The position numbers and the translations under genes are program-made. From the NCBI GenBank assembly GCA_958009085.1, contig OY253683.1, forward strand, positions 930,001-977,003: a DNA stretch of 47,003 bases, given 5' to 3'. The notes beneath the pieces were generated by a model. It searched no databases and was not told the DNA's origin. It worked only from the letters and a program-made list of their open reading frames with translations. The stretch comes from Protoeuglena noctilucae. Taxonomy: Eukaryota. Shown one piece after another: positions 11,807 through 23,405 of the stretch (its first letter is position 1; every line of letters begins with the position of its first letter).

Positions 11807-13552
11807 ATGGCTGACAAGGTCGGGGACGCAGCGCGCGAGAGACGATACGACGCGCTCCATCAGCCTGCTAGTGAGGGAGAATATTATATATTTAACACAG
11901 CGATGCCACTGGCGCCGCGCGGCGTGTCCGCAGGGCTCGGAGGGGGAGCGGCGTTCGGGGCCGGACGCTGCAGCTGGCCCCTCGCGGCCGGGGCCCCTGG
12001 GACGACTCGCCACGGACCATCAACTGCGGAATGCCATCGCCGGGGCCGTGGCAGGTGCGAGATGCGGTGTCTAGTCGGTCGACGATCGCCCGTTGCATCC
12101 GCGTCAATACTCGCGTGCTCCCACCTGTTTACGCTTCACCATCGTCCCCCCAGGCGCCGCGACCGCTGCGCTGGTCTGTCCCCTGGACGTTCTGAAGACT
12201 CGCGCGCAGGTGATGGGCCGCGGCGAGCGTGGTATCGCGGGGTCTCTGGCGGACCTTTGGCGCAGAGAGGGGCGAAGTGGGTTGTTCCGGGGCCTTTCCC
12301 CGACGATACTTGCATTGCTTCCCAAGTGGGCCGTCTATTTCACGACCTACGATCGCATAAGGCGCGCGGCGGGGCCGTGGGCGGCGAGGGGCGGTGCGCG
12401 GAGGGAGAGGGTGGCGGACGTGGCGGCAGCGGGGGGCGCGGGTGCTGCGACGCTCGTGGCGACAAATCCCCTGTGGGTGGCCAAGACAAGACTGCAGACG
12501 CAGAGGTGGGATGGTAGCACTGCGCTGTCGAGGATGCTGGTCGTGTAACTCAAATGCTGCCCTGCCACTACCTGAACACCCACTTACTCATGCCACTACC
12601 TGCTCACTTGCACCACTGCCTGCACGCTTGCTCACTCATGCCACTACATGCACGCCCACTGCCACTCCCCGCACACTTCCTCATTCATGCCACTACCCAT
12701 GCACACCACACTTGCTCACGCATGCCGTTACCCATGCACATCACTCTTGTTCACGCATGCCACTCCCACCACCCCCCCAGCGTGACGGATGGCAAGTGGT
12801 CTCACATGGCGGGCGGCGCATACCGCTCCCCCACCAGTGCCCTGGTCCGCATTGCCCGTGAAGAGGGCTTGCGTGGGCTGTACAGTGGCTTGGGGCCATC
12901 CCTGGTGGGAGTGACGCATGCGGCCATTCAGTTTCCGTTGTATGAAGAGACCAAGCGCAGGGTGGGGAGGGCCATTGGCACGCATCCGGACGCACTGCCG
13001 GTGAGGGGAAGGGGTGGGGTGGGAGAGGGGTGGTGTTGAGAAGGGGGAGTGGTGACGAGAGCTGCTGTATGAGAGGGATGGTGTTATTTAAAAGCAGTGG
13101 TAATCATGGGCAATGGTGACGAGGGGCAGTGACGATGTGACTGTGGCCAGCACACTCCCATAGCCCACCTCCACTCTCACTCTCACCCTCACCCACACTC
13201 ACCCGCCCTTCACGTTCACACTCACCCCCCTCCTCACCCCCAGCTCCCCTGGATTGCCGTAGCCAGTGCTGTTTCCAAGGCAGTGGCATCCGCAGCCACG
13301 CACCCCCATGAAGTCATACGCTCACGCATGCACGTGGCGGGGTCAGGACCCTTCCGGGGGATGAAGCGAATCGTCACGCAGGTGTATCGCAATGGTGGAA
13401 TAGGCGCTTTCTACGCCGGGTGCTTGACCAATCTGGCCAGGACGGTGCCCGCGGCGGTGCTGACCGTCACGACGTACGAGGCGGTGGCGAGGGGGCTGGC
13501 GGCGCTGGGGGAGGGGGGGGGTGGGGGGGCGCAGGGGGGTGGGCGTGGATGA
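11807..13552 (+). CDS. NDT: Mitochondrial carrier family protein, NAD+ transporter (NDT1/NDT2-like), 5 exons
   Basis: Three carrier repeats with PxD/ExxK/R motifs: [22 protein letters not shown] and [10 protein letters not shown]. Also [20 protein letters not shown] and [24 protein letters not shown], typical of the NDT/folate clade. The short first exon (MADK) is inferred. Confidence 0.88.
12580..12765. repeat. Degenerate intronic minisatellite (CTCATGCCACTAC / CACTTGCTCAC units)
   Basis: Repeated ctcatgccactac and cttgctcac motifs inside NDT intron 3. Confidence 0.7.
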
Positions 13553-13823
13553 CATGAGAGGGTGAGGGTGAGGGGAGTGTTGATTGGGGGTAGGGCGTAG
13601 ACGGTGCAAGACTGATGTGGGCGCCGCTTGGTATTCTAACGCGCACTCCAGAGCGCCATTGCCCCTCATTTGCGAGTCGTGCCGCATCGTCCCATCGCTG
13701 CGCTGCGCGTGTGTGTTTTCAAAAATGCACTTGCGCATCCACGTCACGCCCCCTCGCTAACAACAACGTTCGTTTACTGCCCGGGCATCTCCCATACGGC
13801 AACCTTCACGTGCGTCATATGCG

Positions 13824-16800
13824 TCACGCCCTCTCCCTCGCCACGAGCGTCGCCTCCCTCTCCCCCGCCTGCTCCCCCCTCTCACGCATCGTGAGCGTCA
13901 CCGCCCCATCCGCCCCCAGAGCGTACTCCCACACCCACGAGGGCTCGTCCCCCGCCAGCCGCTCCACTTGCACTTTGAAACCCTCGGGACTGGCAGCGTC
14001 TGGCAGTACCGTCATTCTGGCACCGTCTGGCACCACGAAGGTGTGAGACCCGGTAAAGGTCACGTCTCTGGCGTCGAACTCGGAGCGGCCCTCTAAAAGC
14101 ACCAGCATGCCCTCCTTGCGGGAGACACTGCGGAAGGGGGGAGAGGAGAAGGGGAGTGGGTGAGATGACATCACGGTGGCAGTGGCATGGTGAATCGATG
14201 CCAACCCACCCACGGTTGCGTACTAGCTCAGACCGCACCGTTGCTTCCAGTGCACATGAACAGCGCAATCCAGTCCTCTCCCACACCACCACCCCACACT
14301 CACCGCAGCTTCCAGTGCACATGAGCTGTGCAATACAACACTCATCTTCCCCACTACCCACTCACCGCTGCTTCCAGTACACGTTGGCGGGTCGTCCCTG
14401 TCACCCCCGCGTTGACCACGCGACACCCCACCATGCGACAACGCGCGCCGCGGTCCGAGAACACCAGGCGACGCTCGTCGGAGTTAGCAGAGTCATTGGC
14501 ATTGGCATTGTTATTGTCATCGTTTGCATTAACAGCCTCGGTGTGGCCCAGGGGACAGGATGCCTCGACGCGCAGAGAGCCGTCCAGGTCCNNNNNNNNN
14601 NNNNNNNNNNNNNNNNNNNNNNNNNNNNNNNNNNNNNNNNNNNNNNNNNNNNNNNNNNNNNNNNNNNNNNNNNNNNNNNNNNNNNNNNNNNNNNNNNNNN
14701 NNNNNNNNNNNNNNNNNNNNNNNNNNNNNNNNNNNNNNNNNNNNNNNNNNNNNNNNNNNNNNNNNNNNNNNNNNNNNNNNNNNNNNNNNNNCCCACCTCC
14801 CTCACCTCCACCAGCACGTTGATGCCCTCGGATGCCCCGTACGCCCTCCCGCACGACGCGAACCCGAACGCCTTGTTGCCCAGGCACCCGGCACCCGCCA
14901 GCGCAAGCAGGTTGGCGTCCGTGCCCGCCATGGGGTTGGAGATCTGCCGAACGATGGCGGCGGTGCGGCCGCGGGACGCCAGCCACGCAAACGCGCCTGC
15001 GCGCGAGAGGGGTGGCGAGGCCGTCACACGTGATAGCTCCCTGTTACACGAGACTGACACACACGCAGCGGATGGCTCGCAGTGCGCAGGGCGCAACCGG
15101 CACTGTGCAGTGTGTTATGCACAGCCGGCCCTGTGCCGGCGCACAGTGTGTGACCCACTGCCACCCGGCGCCCATCCCTCGCCCTCCCTTCCCACTCGCC
15201 TTCGTCCTCCATGAGCTTCCACAGGGCCCCGTGCCCCCCCGGCTTGAGCATGGGAGACAGCGCCCCCTCCAGCAGCCACGCCCCGTCCTCCGCCGACACC
15301 ACGGGCACCATCGGCTGCTCTACCAAATAGAAGGACTCACGGCCACGGCCCATCCACCCACTGCGGACAGGCCATGGGTGGAGTGAGAGGTAATTCGGGT
15401 TATGAGCGAAGTGAGATGTGCAATGGCATAGTGGGAGCCTCCGGCAGCGAAGTGAGACCGCAGCTGCCCACTGTGTGGTAGAGCGAGGTCCCACAACCCT
15501 CGCGTCCCGCACCACCACCCCCGCACCCCTCCCTTGTACCCCTCACCACTCCTCAAGCAGCCCCACGATCCGCGCGTGGTTCCCCTTGGCCTGGCTCGTC
15601 ATCATCACCACGGGCGTCGTGTGCTGCTCCCCCGTCACGCGCCAGTGAAGGTACTCCCGCGCCTCCAAGTCACGCACCAGCCCTTCCAGCAGTGACCGCC
15701 CCGCATAGGGCAGCACCGCCGTCGGCAGCGCCTCCCCCGTCGCCTCGTCCACCAGGCCCAGGCGGTCACCCGCGCCGCCCACGGGATAGATCTCCGCCAG
15801 GCGGGGCAGCACGCGGAGGCCCTCCCCCGCCCACCGCCGACGGCGCTCTGGGTGTATATTATGGGGGGGTGGGTGTGGGGTTACGGTATGGTGGACGCGC
15901 TTTCGGATGCTGTTGGCGGCCTCGCTGCGTGCAGGGCGACGTCGTTGCGTGCCCACGACACCCAGCGCTACCCACCTGGCCCCTCGGCGCACGCGTCGCT
16001 GATGTCCGGCCCCGTGGGGGTGTGGAAGGCCACGCGCGTGACCCCCGCCCCCGCCCCCGCCTCCTCGCGGCCCTCGATCAGCTGCAGCGCCTTAATCTGG
16101 TAGCCCACCAGGCCGCCGATCGAGTCGTAGAAGCGCTCGGCACGCGACAGCGTGCGCACCAGACCCGCCAGGGCCATTCCCAGGGGGTCCCCACCCGACG
16201 CGACCCCTGCGAGCGACAACCCCGATTGCGTAGCGATAGCAGCGCGTGCGTCACGCGGCAGGTGTTGTTGTTCATTCACCATCACTACTGTCGCCCTCAC
16301 CGTCGCCCCAGTCCACGCTGTAGGTGCTGTCCGCGGCAGAGGCAGACGGCGAAGGGGCCGGGTGGTCCGTCTCCGCAGTCGGCAACACCGACAGGACGTG
16401 CCCCTGGCCCATGGCCGGCAACAGCAGCAGCACCGCCAGCCCGTCCGCGTCGAGGGCGCCCTCCGCAGCAGCCAGGATGGCGCGGCCAGCGGGCGTCGCG
16501 GCCCAGGAAGACACGAGAGGGTCGCGGCGCAGCATCGACAGCCTCGCGAGGGGGTCGGATGCCGACTCTGCGGGGGGCGAGGGAGGGGCGCGTTCGATTC
16601 TGCGGTGCAGGGCCGGGAAGACGCTTCACGCGTCGCCGGCGACGCGCAACCCACCGAGCCTCTTGCGGAGGTCTTGCAGCTGAGATATCTGCGCAGCGAT
16701 GGACCGCCCCGCCTGCACGCTCGCCTCCGCGACCGCTTGAGTGCGCCGTGACATCGGCCTGCAGGGAAGGCGTGCGGGGGCGCGGTACGCGGGGCTGGCG

Positions 16801-16976
16801 GGCGTGCGGGTGCCTGCGTCTGACCCACTGTGAACTGAGGGAGTCCGACGAGGCCGGCGCGGCTGGCGACGCGGATGCTGGGGCACCCTCTGTGGCAGCG
16901 TGCCGGCATGTTGTGCCCCGCGGCCGATGTCAGCGATTAGCGCGGCGCGCCCGGGCGCGCATGGTCTGTCCGCCAT
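13824..16976 (-). CDS. UGP3: Plastid UDP-glucose pyrophosphorylase 3 (sulfolipid pathway); partial because of the gap, start uncertain
   Basis: ERFYDSIGGLVGYQ, EIYPVGGAGDRLGL, GRSLLEGLVRDLEAREYL, PVVMMTS, KPGGHGALWKL, VRQISNP, EGINVL, DLDGSL and NVYWKQ...EF.A..VTF.G.HTFVVPDG match plant UGP3 as I recall it. The gene is interrupted by the N gap and has an apparent frameshift near 14390. An alternative start is near 16754. Confidence 0.9.
14592..14791. other. Assembly gap (200 N placeholder)
   Basis: Run of exactly 200 N inside UGP3. Confidence 1.
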
Positions 16977-17574
16977 TTCCTTGCCAGATAGTTGCGTCGG
17001 ATCCTCTGCGGCCCGGCACGGTGACCCGGCGCGGCGTGTCACCTGGGCTGCGGCCCGGGGAAGGCATCCTGGCCGTCCCGCACCGCGCGCGCGAGGACGT
17101 CCCGCGGGCGACATACTTGTCGGTCGCATCTGCCGCTCTCGTCCTTCCGCAGCCAGATTCGCCGCGAGGCCACGCGGGTGGGGGGACGGAAGGACCCACT
17201 ACACGATAGAGGCGGATGCGTCGCCATGGCCGCGCCATGGGGCAGGTGCTGACACAACGACATCTCGTGTTACGCAAGGTACAATCCCAGCATGCATCGA
17301 TAGGCATCCGCGCGCAGCGGCGAGTCGAGTGTGACGGCCCCAGCGGACGAGCAGGGGCAGGCAAACAAGGGATGAAAAAAGCAATGGTTCAACGCGACTG
17401 CGCTCCGGGGGCATCGCGGATCCCCATCGCCCGGACACGCGATTCTCTGGATTACCCCAGGGGGCAAACCCTGGGCGAGGTGCTACAACGGGTTATGGGC
17501 TCTATCGACCCCGTCAGCCCCCGACCCGTGTCATACGAGCCCCGGGGCACGCGCTGAGCAGATGGGAGTCCATG

Positions 17575-20188
17575 TCACAGCTGGTACAGGGCGGCGTACT
17601 TGGTCTTGAGGTGGCGCAGGAAGACGGACGGGTCCAGGGGCGCCCCCGTCACGGCGCGCATGAGGTCGTCGCCCGACGGGTGCAGAGACCCGACCGAGTG
17701 CACCTTCTCCCTCAGCCACTCGCGGAGGCCCTGGAATTGCCCCGCAGCGATGTCCTCGTCCAGGGTTGGCAGGGCAGCACGTGCGGCCTCGAAGATCTGG
17801 CAGGCGGCGATGGCCCCGATGAGGTAGGTGGGGAAGTACCCTGGGCTCAGAGGCAGACAGGAGCGCATAAGATGTGCTTCTTTGGAGGCAGCGCCACGCT
17901 CGTGTTGCGACCCAACATGCCGGCCTCTGTGAGGTGTGCACGCGTGGCCGCCTGTGTCGTGCGGCTCACCAAAGACGCCCGCGGACCAGTGGACGTCCTG
18001 CAGCGCCCCCTGCGCGTCGCTGCCCGGCCTGCACCCCAGCAGCTCCTCCATGCGGCGATTCCACAGGGCGGGCACGTCCGCCACCCTCACCGACCCGTCC
18101 AGGAGACCCTTCTCGATCTCGTACCTGCGGGGGAGCAGAACAGACCCAAGTAAACCCGATCGTTCGCATATTCAGGTGGTTCCTGTGACATCCTCTGTCA
18201 TCTGACACCTTCCACCATCTCTGACATCTCCTTATCATCTGTGATACCACCCAGCATCTGCAACACCTCTCTGTCGTCTGCTTACCTGAGCACAATGTGC
18301 AGAGGGTACTGCACCTCGTCCGATTCCACGCGGATGAGGGGCGGGTCCGTGAGCTGGTTCATGGCGTGGTAGAGGGCATCGGGGGAGGCACTGGCCAGGG
18401 AGGGGAACACCGACGCGGCCTTGCCTGCCAGGTACCTGCGAGGGCGAGAAGAGAGATGGGTGGAGGGATGCGACACGGCCCATGTCGAGGGACAGTGAGA
18501 GACCGACTTCGCCTGTCATGAGCAACAACAGCTGCGCCCTGCTTTTTCCTGCTGTCGTGAGCAGGGTAGAGCCAAGGTGGTGGTCTGTCGCTCTGTCGCT
18601 CAACGCTCCTTACTCCCATCCCTCACCGGCTGAAGGGCAGGGACAGCCCGACCATGCGCTCCCAGAGGAGGCTCTGCGACTCGTGGATGCCCATGCTCAG
18701 GGCCTCGTTGACGGGGAGGCCGTCGTAGGACAGGTTGCGGCCCTGCTCGTACAGGGCGTGGCCCGTCTCGTGGATTGTGCCTGCGTGCGTGGAAGTGCGC
18801 GTGCCTTTGTTACGATGGTGCCCAGCACGCATGCCGCCCATGAAACGCGTCCTTTACGTCTCTGCATCAACACTCTTGCCCAGTCTTGCCCAGCACGCAC
18901 GCCGCCCATGCAGTAGGTCCTTCACATCTCTGCATCACACACCGCTCCCTCGCCTGTCAGCCCTTCCGTGAAGTCCGTCTCCTTGTACCGCGTCGTCATG
19001 CGCACGTCCGTCGGGTGTGCGCCGCCCGTGAAGGGGTGCACTGACACATCCAGGCGGCCTGCGATGGCAAGGGGCGCGTCACGCTCACTCGCAAACTATC
19101 ACATCCCACCCCTGCATGCAGTACCTCAGCAGCGCGGCCCCTCGCCCTTCTGCAGGTCGAATCCGATGTCGAGCGCCACCTGCCGGCACAGCGCCGCCTG
19201 CTTGTCGACGTCGAAGGTCCCCGCCAGCACCGACGCGTCCGGCTTGACCCCACGCTCACGCAGCTCCTTGAGGAATGGCACCAGTTCCTTCTGAACCTGC
19301 TGGAACACCTCATCCAGTCGGGCTGAGGTCATACTCCGCTCAAATTCGTCCAGGCAGACGTCGTAGGCGGGGCGGGACGGGTCGATGCGCTGGGTCTTGT
19401 CGAGGGTCACGTCCACCCACTGCTGGAGGAAGGGGGCGAACGCGGCCCAGTCGGACGCCTTGCGTGCGCCCACCCACGCCTCAAACGCCTCGGACTCCAA
19501 ACTGCAAGGGTTCGAGTGGCGACACGGTGAGGGCAAAAGGGGTGACACGGTGAGGAGCGGCCATGGTGCGGTATGCATGCGCACAGCACGCGGTGCGCAG
19601 TGGGACCAGTCACAGCAGGGAGCGTGAATGCAACGGCCTCGCCACGCACCGCGCGATGCGCTGGGCCAGGTCCTTGGGGATGGCCGTCTTGCGCTTGTAG
19701 CGGATGGCCACGTCGCGCACCACCGCCTGCTCCCACTGGTCCAGATGGGTCGCGCCCTGCTGCAGCCGCTCGAGCAACTTGCCCAGCTCGGGGTTGGTGG
19801 CTTTCTCATGGATCACGCCGGCCAGCGCGGCCTTCTGCGCGCCCCGAGAGGCGCTCGCTTGCGCGGGCATCATCACTTGCTCATCCCAGCCGAGCAGCCC
19901 CGAAATGCCCTCCAACGACGCCGTCTCCTTGACGAGATCGCAGAGTTTGGCGTAGTCATCCTTGACCGATGCCATGGCTGCGAGGATCGGGGCGGCATCG
20001 GTGCTTTCGCCGGAGGCATTGCGATCGACCTCCACAGACGGATCTCGCGGTCCGGAAAGTCTCGCAGGTAGCGTACTACCTGCAGTCGTCATTTTTCGGC
20101 GGTATGCGACTTGAGACCGCGACGAGCCGGGAAGCTGGCGGAGTCGGAGGAGTCCACGCAGGGCACCACGAGCGGCCAGGACAGACAT
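17575..20188 (-). CDS. Carboxypeptidase Taq family (peptidase M32) with N-terminal presequence, 8 exons
   Basis: [39 protein letters not shown] (HExxH), [25 protein letters not shown] and GYFPTY are the M32 signature motifs. The N-terminus [18 protein letters not shown] is Arg/Leu-rich. GC donors at 19145 and 18953. Confidence 0.94.
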
Positions 20189-20463
20189 GGGAGGAGAGAG
20201 GCACGCCGTCGGCAAGCGAGAGAGGAATTGCAGGGATTTTTGCAAAGCTCGGGGTGGGACAGGGCCTGCATCTCTGCTCTGGCTTGTCCCACTGGCGTGT
20301 CCTGGCGTGGCGATGACGCAGTCGAGGGCGCGCTTTCCGAGCAGTCCGCGGCTCGCCCTCACTGAGTTCGGCATTGCGGTTATTGGTTCTCGGAGAAAGA
20401 CTGCACCTGGCCCGCGGCGTGTGTACGTGCCATTCTGGTCGACGGTCCTTCGTGGGACAAAGG

Positions 20464-21214
20464 ATGGGGTACGCAGGGTACGTCCCGGCCAAGCTTCCCC
20501 CGGCTAAGCTCACGGGCGTGCAGGCGCTGCTGAAGCAGGTGCGGCTTGCGGTGCCTGCAGAGGGCGCCACAGCTCTCAAACGTTGTCTCCGCGCCACGAA
20601 TAGCCAGGCGCGCGCACGCGGACAACGAGCAGCGCTGCAAGAGCGTTACTGCTCGCAAAGAGCAACAACGCGCTTCCATTTTCGCCATGCGCCTGCGCGA
20701 ATTCGCTCGCATACGTCGTCTTGTCCGATGTCGGTGCGAAGCGGTCGAGCAGTTCCCCCGGGCGCGCAGATAAGCAGTCCCGAGGCTCTGGAGGTGCTCT
20801 ACAAGCTCATTTACAACGTGGTCGTGTCGCCCGCCGAGGAGAAGTTTCGGCGCGTGCGTCTCAGTAACCCACGGATTAACGCCGCGGTGCTGGGCACGGA
20901 GGGGTCGCTCGACGCGCTGCGGGTGACGAGGCTATGCGTAAGGAGCTGATTTACATGCTTGCGGGGCCAGGCGGGCGAAACTCGCATCGCATCTGCTCGC
21001 TGCGCAGGAGCTAGGGTGGGAGCGTGTGGAGGAGGGGGGCGAGGACTGGCTGGTGTTCCCGGCTGGCCGCACGCTGTCGATGCGGGAGGCGCGGTGGGTG
21101 CAGGAGCGGCAGGAGCAGGTGGCCAAGGATGCGCGGGAGGAGGCGCGGTTCGGGAAGGGGCGGTCAGCTTCCAGTTCCACCATTTCCAGCATGGCAGCCA
21201 CCGAGGCAGGGTGA
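20464..21214 (+). CDS. Small PUB (PUG) domain protein, 3 exons
   Basis: ALEVLYKLIYNVVVSPAEEKFRRVRLSNPRINAAV...LDALRELGW matches the PUB consensus (NxxxxPxEEKF/YRxxRLxN...GF/W). Exons 20464-20538, 20770-20922 and 21008-21214. Confidence 0.85.
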
Positions 21215-21302
21215 CGGGGCGCGAGCATAGCGTAACAACGTGCGATTTCAATTGGCAGAGTCACGGCGGAGCAGGCCGACGATTGAATTGAGGAGCCGCT
21301 CA

Positions 21303-22983
21303 TTACAGGGCTGTGGGGAAGGCAGCGCCCGAGGTGCCGGGGAGGAGGCGGAAGGAGAGGGCGCATTGCCGCAGGAGGTCGCCGTCGCGGGGCCAGTCGG
21401 CCTCCGCACACTGCAGAGCGCACGGCAATGCAGGGGAATGAGAAACAATAGTTGGTAGCCAGAACCTTACATCCTCAGCCACGACACGCCGTGCGCCACG
21501 TCAGCTTGCCTGGCCGTTTGCTTCACCCTAACCCATGCAGGTCACCCTGCTCAATACTAGTATTAGGCAAGCACGTGTCTGTCATGTCACCTGGGCGTTC
21601 ATGGTGGACAGGATTCCGTCCCTGGCAGCCACGACCGACACGTTGTGCCTCTGCCATTTGTCCGTCAACACCACGTACTCGAGCCACACGTAATCGTCAG
21701 GGAGATCGCCCCCACCCAGCCGCCCCGCTGCGCGCAATTCAGCGCGCTTGCCCGACCCCTCGGGGGCAACGAACGCCCCCAGGATGCGCCCTGCCGCCTC
21801 TTCTGCATTGGCCATAGTGATGAGGCATGGTATGTACTAGCACTGGTCATAGAGCTCAGACAGTGACTGTCTGACTGCGGCAGAGTGACGGTCAAGAACG
21901 ACTGGCGAGGAGGCACCTCTCCCCGCCATTGCATGCGCGACGCGAGGCCTGCCCTGCTGCCGGCCGCGCATACCTGGCTCCCCCAGCGACCGTATGCTGA
22001 AGCCGGGCATGATGGGTGCCACCACTACCGACACGTTCTCCTCCCCCGTCCCGCCCATCGGGCCAAACGCCGCCGTGGGCTGCGGGTCAAGCAGCTCATG
22101 TCAGGACATCTCGTTGCCTGTCACCCCCCCCCCATTCACTCCCATAGCCCAGCTAGCATCTCACGCAACCAACCACGCCATCCCCTCACCTCGGTATACG
22201 TCCTTCGCCGCCGCCGCGCATCGCGAAGGGACGGGGGGTCCAGGGCCTGCTCCATGCGCTGCAGGGTGGAACACGGGGCAGGCGTGACATTGGTACACAG
22301 ACAGGGTGAGGCCACAGCACGGTGACTGCATGCCCTGGGGTCCAAACGTGGCAATCTAAAAAAGACAGGGTATGGCCACAGCACGGTGACTGTATGGCAC
22401 CTTCAGTGTGGCTGTGCTTTGCGCCCCACCTCGGCGTTGCGGCGGGCGATGGTCTGGTCCGCCAGCCACCGCGCGGGGTACAGGAACTCGAACCCATTCC
22501 CCGTGTCCCTGCACCGCTTGAACCCCTTCACCGGCACCACCATGTCCAGCCCCGTGGCTGCCGCCACGCGACCGCCGTCCAAGGAGAGCAGTGCGCTCGT
22601 CACGCCCCCGAGGTTGCCACCCAGGGCCACGAACGAAGCCAGGCTCAGCCCGATGATGAGGCGGCGACGGGACGGCAGGCGCCCGCCCCACGCCACGGCT
22701 CCCACGGGGTCCGAGGGCGGCCTAGTGCTTGCGCCACTGCTGGTCGCGGACGTGGACGGGCCATCGTCGCCGGCGGCACAGACGGGGCGGGGCAGGCGTC
22801 GCGCCGTGCTTGTCAGGACCATGCATCCGCAGATGGGCCTGCGCGCGCGGGACCGGAGGCGTCGCGGGCGAGCAGTGGATTGGACGAGCTTGTGGTGTCG
22901 TGGATTCATGCCCACCTCGCGTCGATGGTCATCTTGCGCTGCTTGATCGCAAGAGCATGTACGTTCGTAGCCATCGCGGCCAT
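21303..22983 (-). CDS. PsbP domain-containing thylakoid protein (PPD7-like), about 6 exons
   Basis: Transit-like N-terminus, SRRRLIIG, ALGGNLGGVTSALL, PVKGFKRC, FEFLYPARWLADQT, AAFGPMGGTGEENVSVVV, RHNVSVV and MNAQCAEADW. Start 22983 is inferred via an intron; alternatives are 22909 and 22822. Confidence 0.85.
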
Positions 22984-23405
22984 CGAGGCGTGGAGAGACG
23001 GTGAGTGAGGCCGGGGAAAGCTTGGTCCCTGCGTGGCCACCCTGTTGCGAGCGGTCGGGGCGGAGGGACAACTCAGGAATGCGAGTGCAGGTCACAACCA
23101 GCTATCAGTGACGACTGAAGCTGCGCGGGAGGTTCCCCAGACGCAATTTACGGACGCCCAGCAGCATTCTGACTGGCACTGGCCGTGCTCGAGCCCGTGC
23201 ATGAGATTGGATGAAGATATGTCCACAGCCGAACGATGTCGGCGTCAATCATTGCGTCTGGAAGCGCAGCACAGTCCCCAGAGTTCCCCTCGCATCACTG
23301 CTGGCTGGCCATCGCACAACGCACATCTGTTCCCCGCCGACGAGCCTTTTTTGTGGGATTCGCGAGATTCACAGAAGCGCTGAACCATCAAACGTTGCAT
23401 GAGCG

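Noticed and set aside
15692..17209. 505-aa + strand ORF and many other long ORFs in the track (e.g. 39177-40520 -, 33764-34768 -, 3053-3835 +)
   Set aside because: These are antisense or off-frame shadows of real genes in GC-rich DNA, with Arg/Pro/Gly-rich translations and no recognisable motifs.
19979..20080. In-frame, stop-free introns (M32 intron 1, RRP9 4878-5108, GCFC about 26977-27125) as exitrons
   Set aside because: These are expected by chance in GC-rich short introns, and retention cannot be supported without RNA data.
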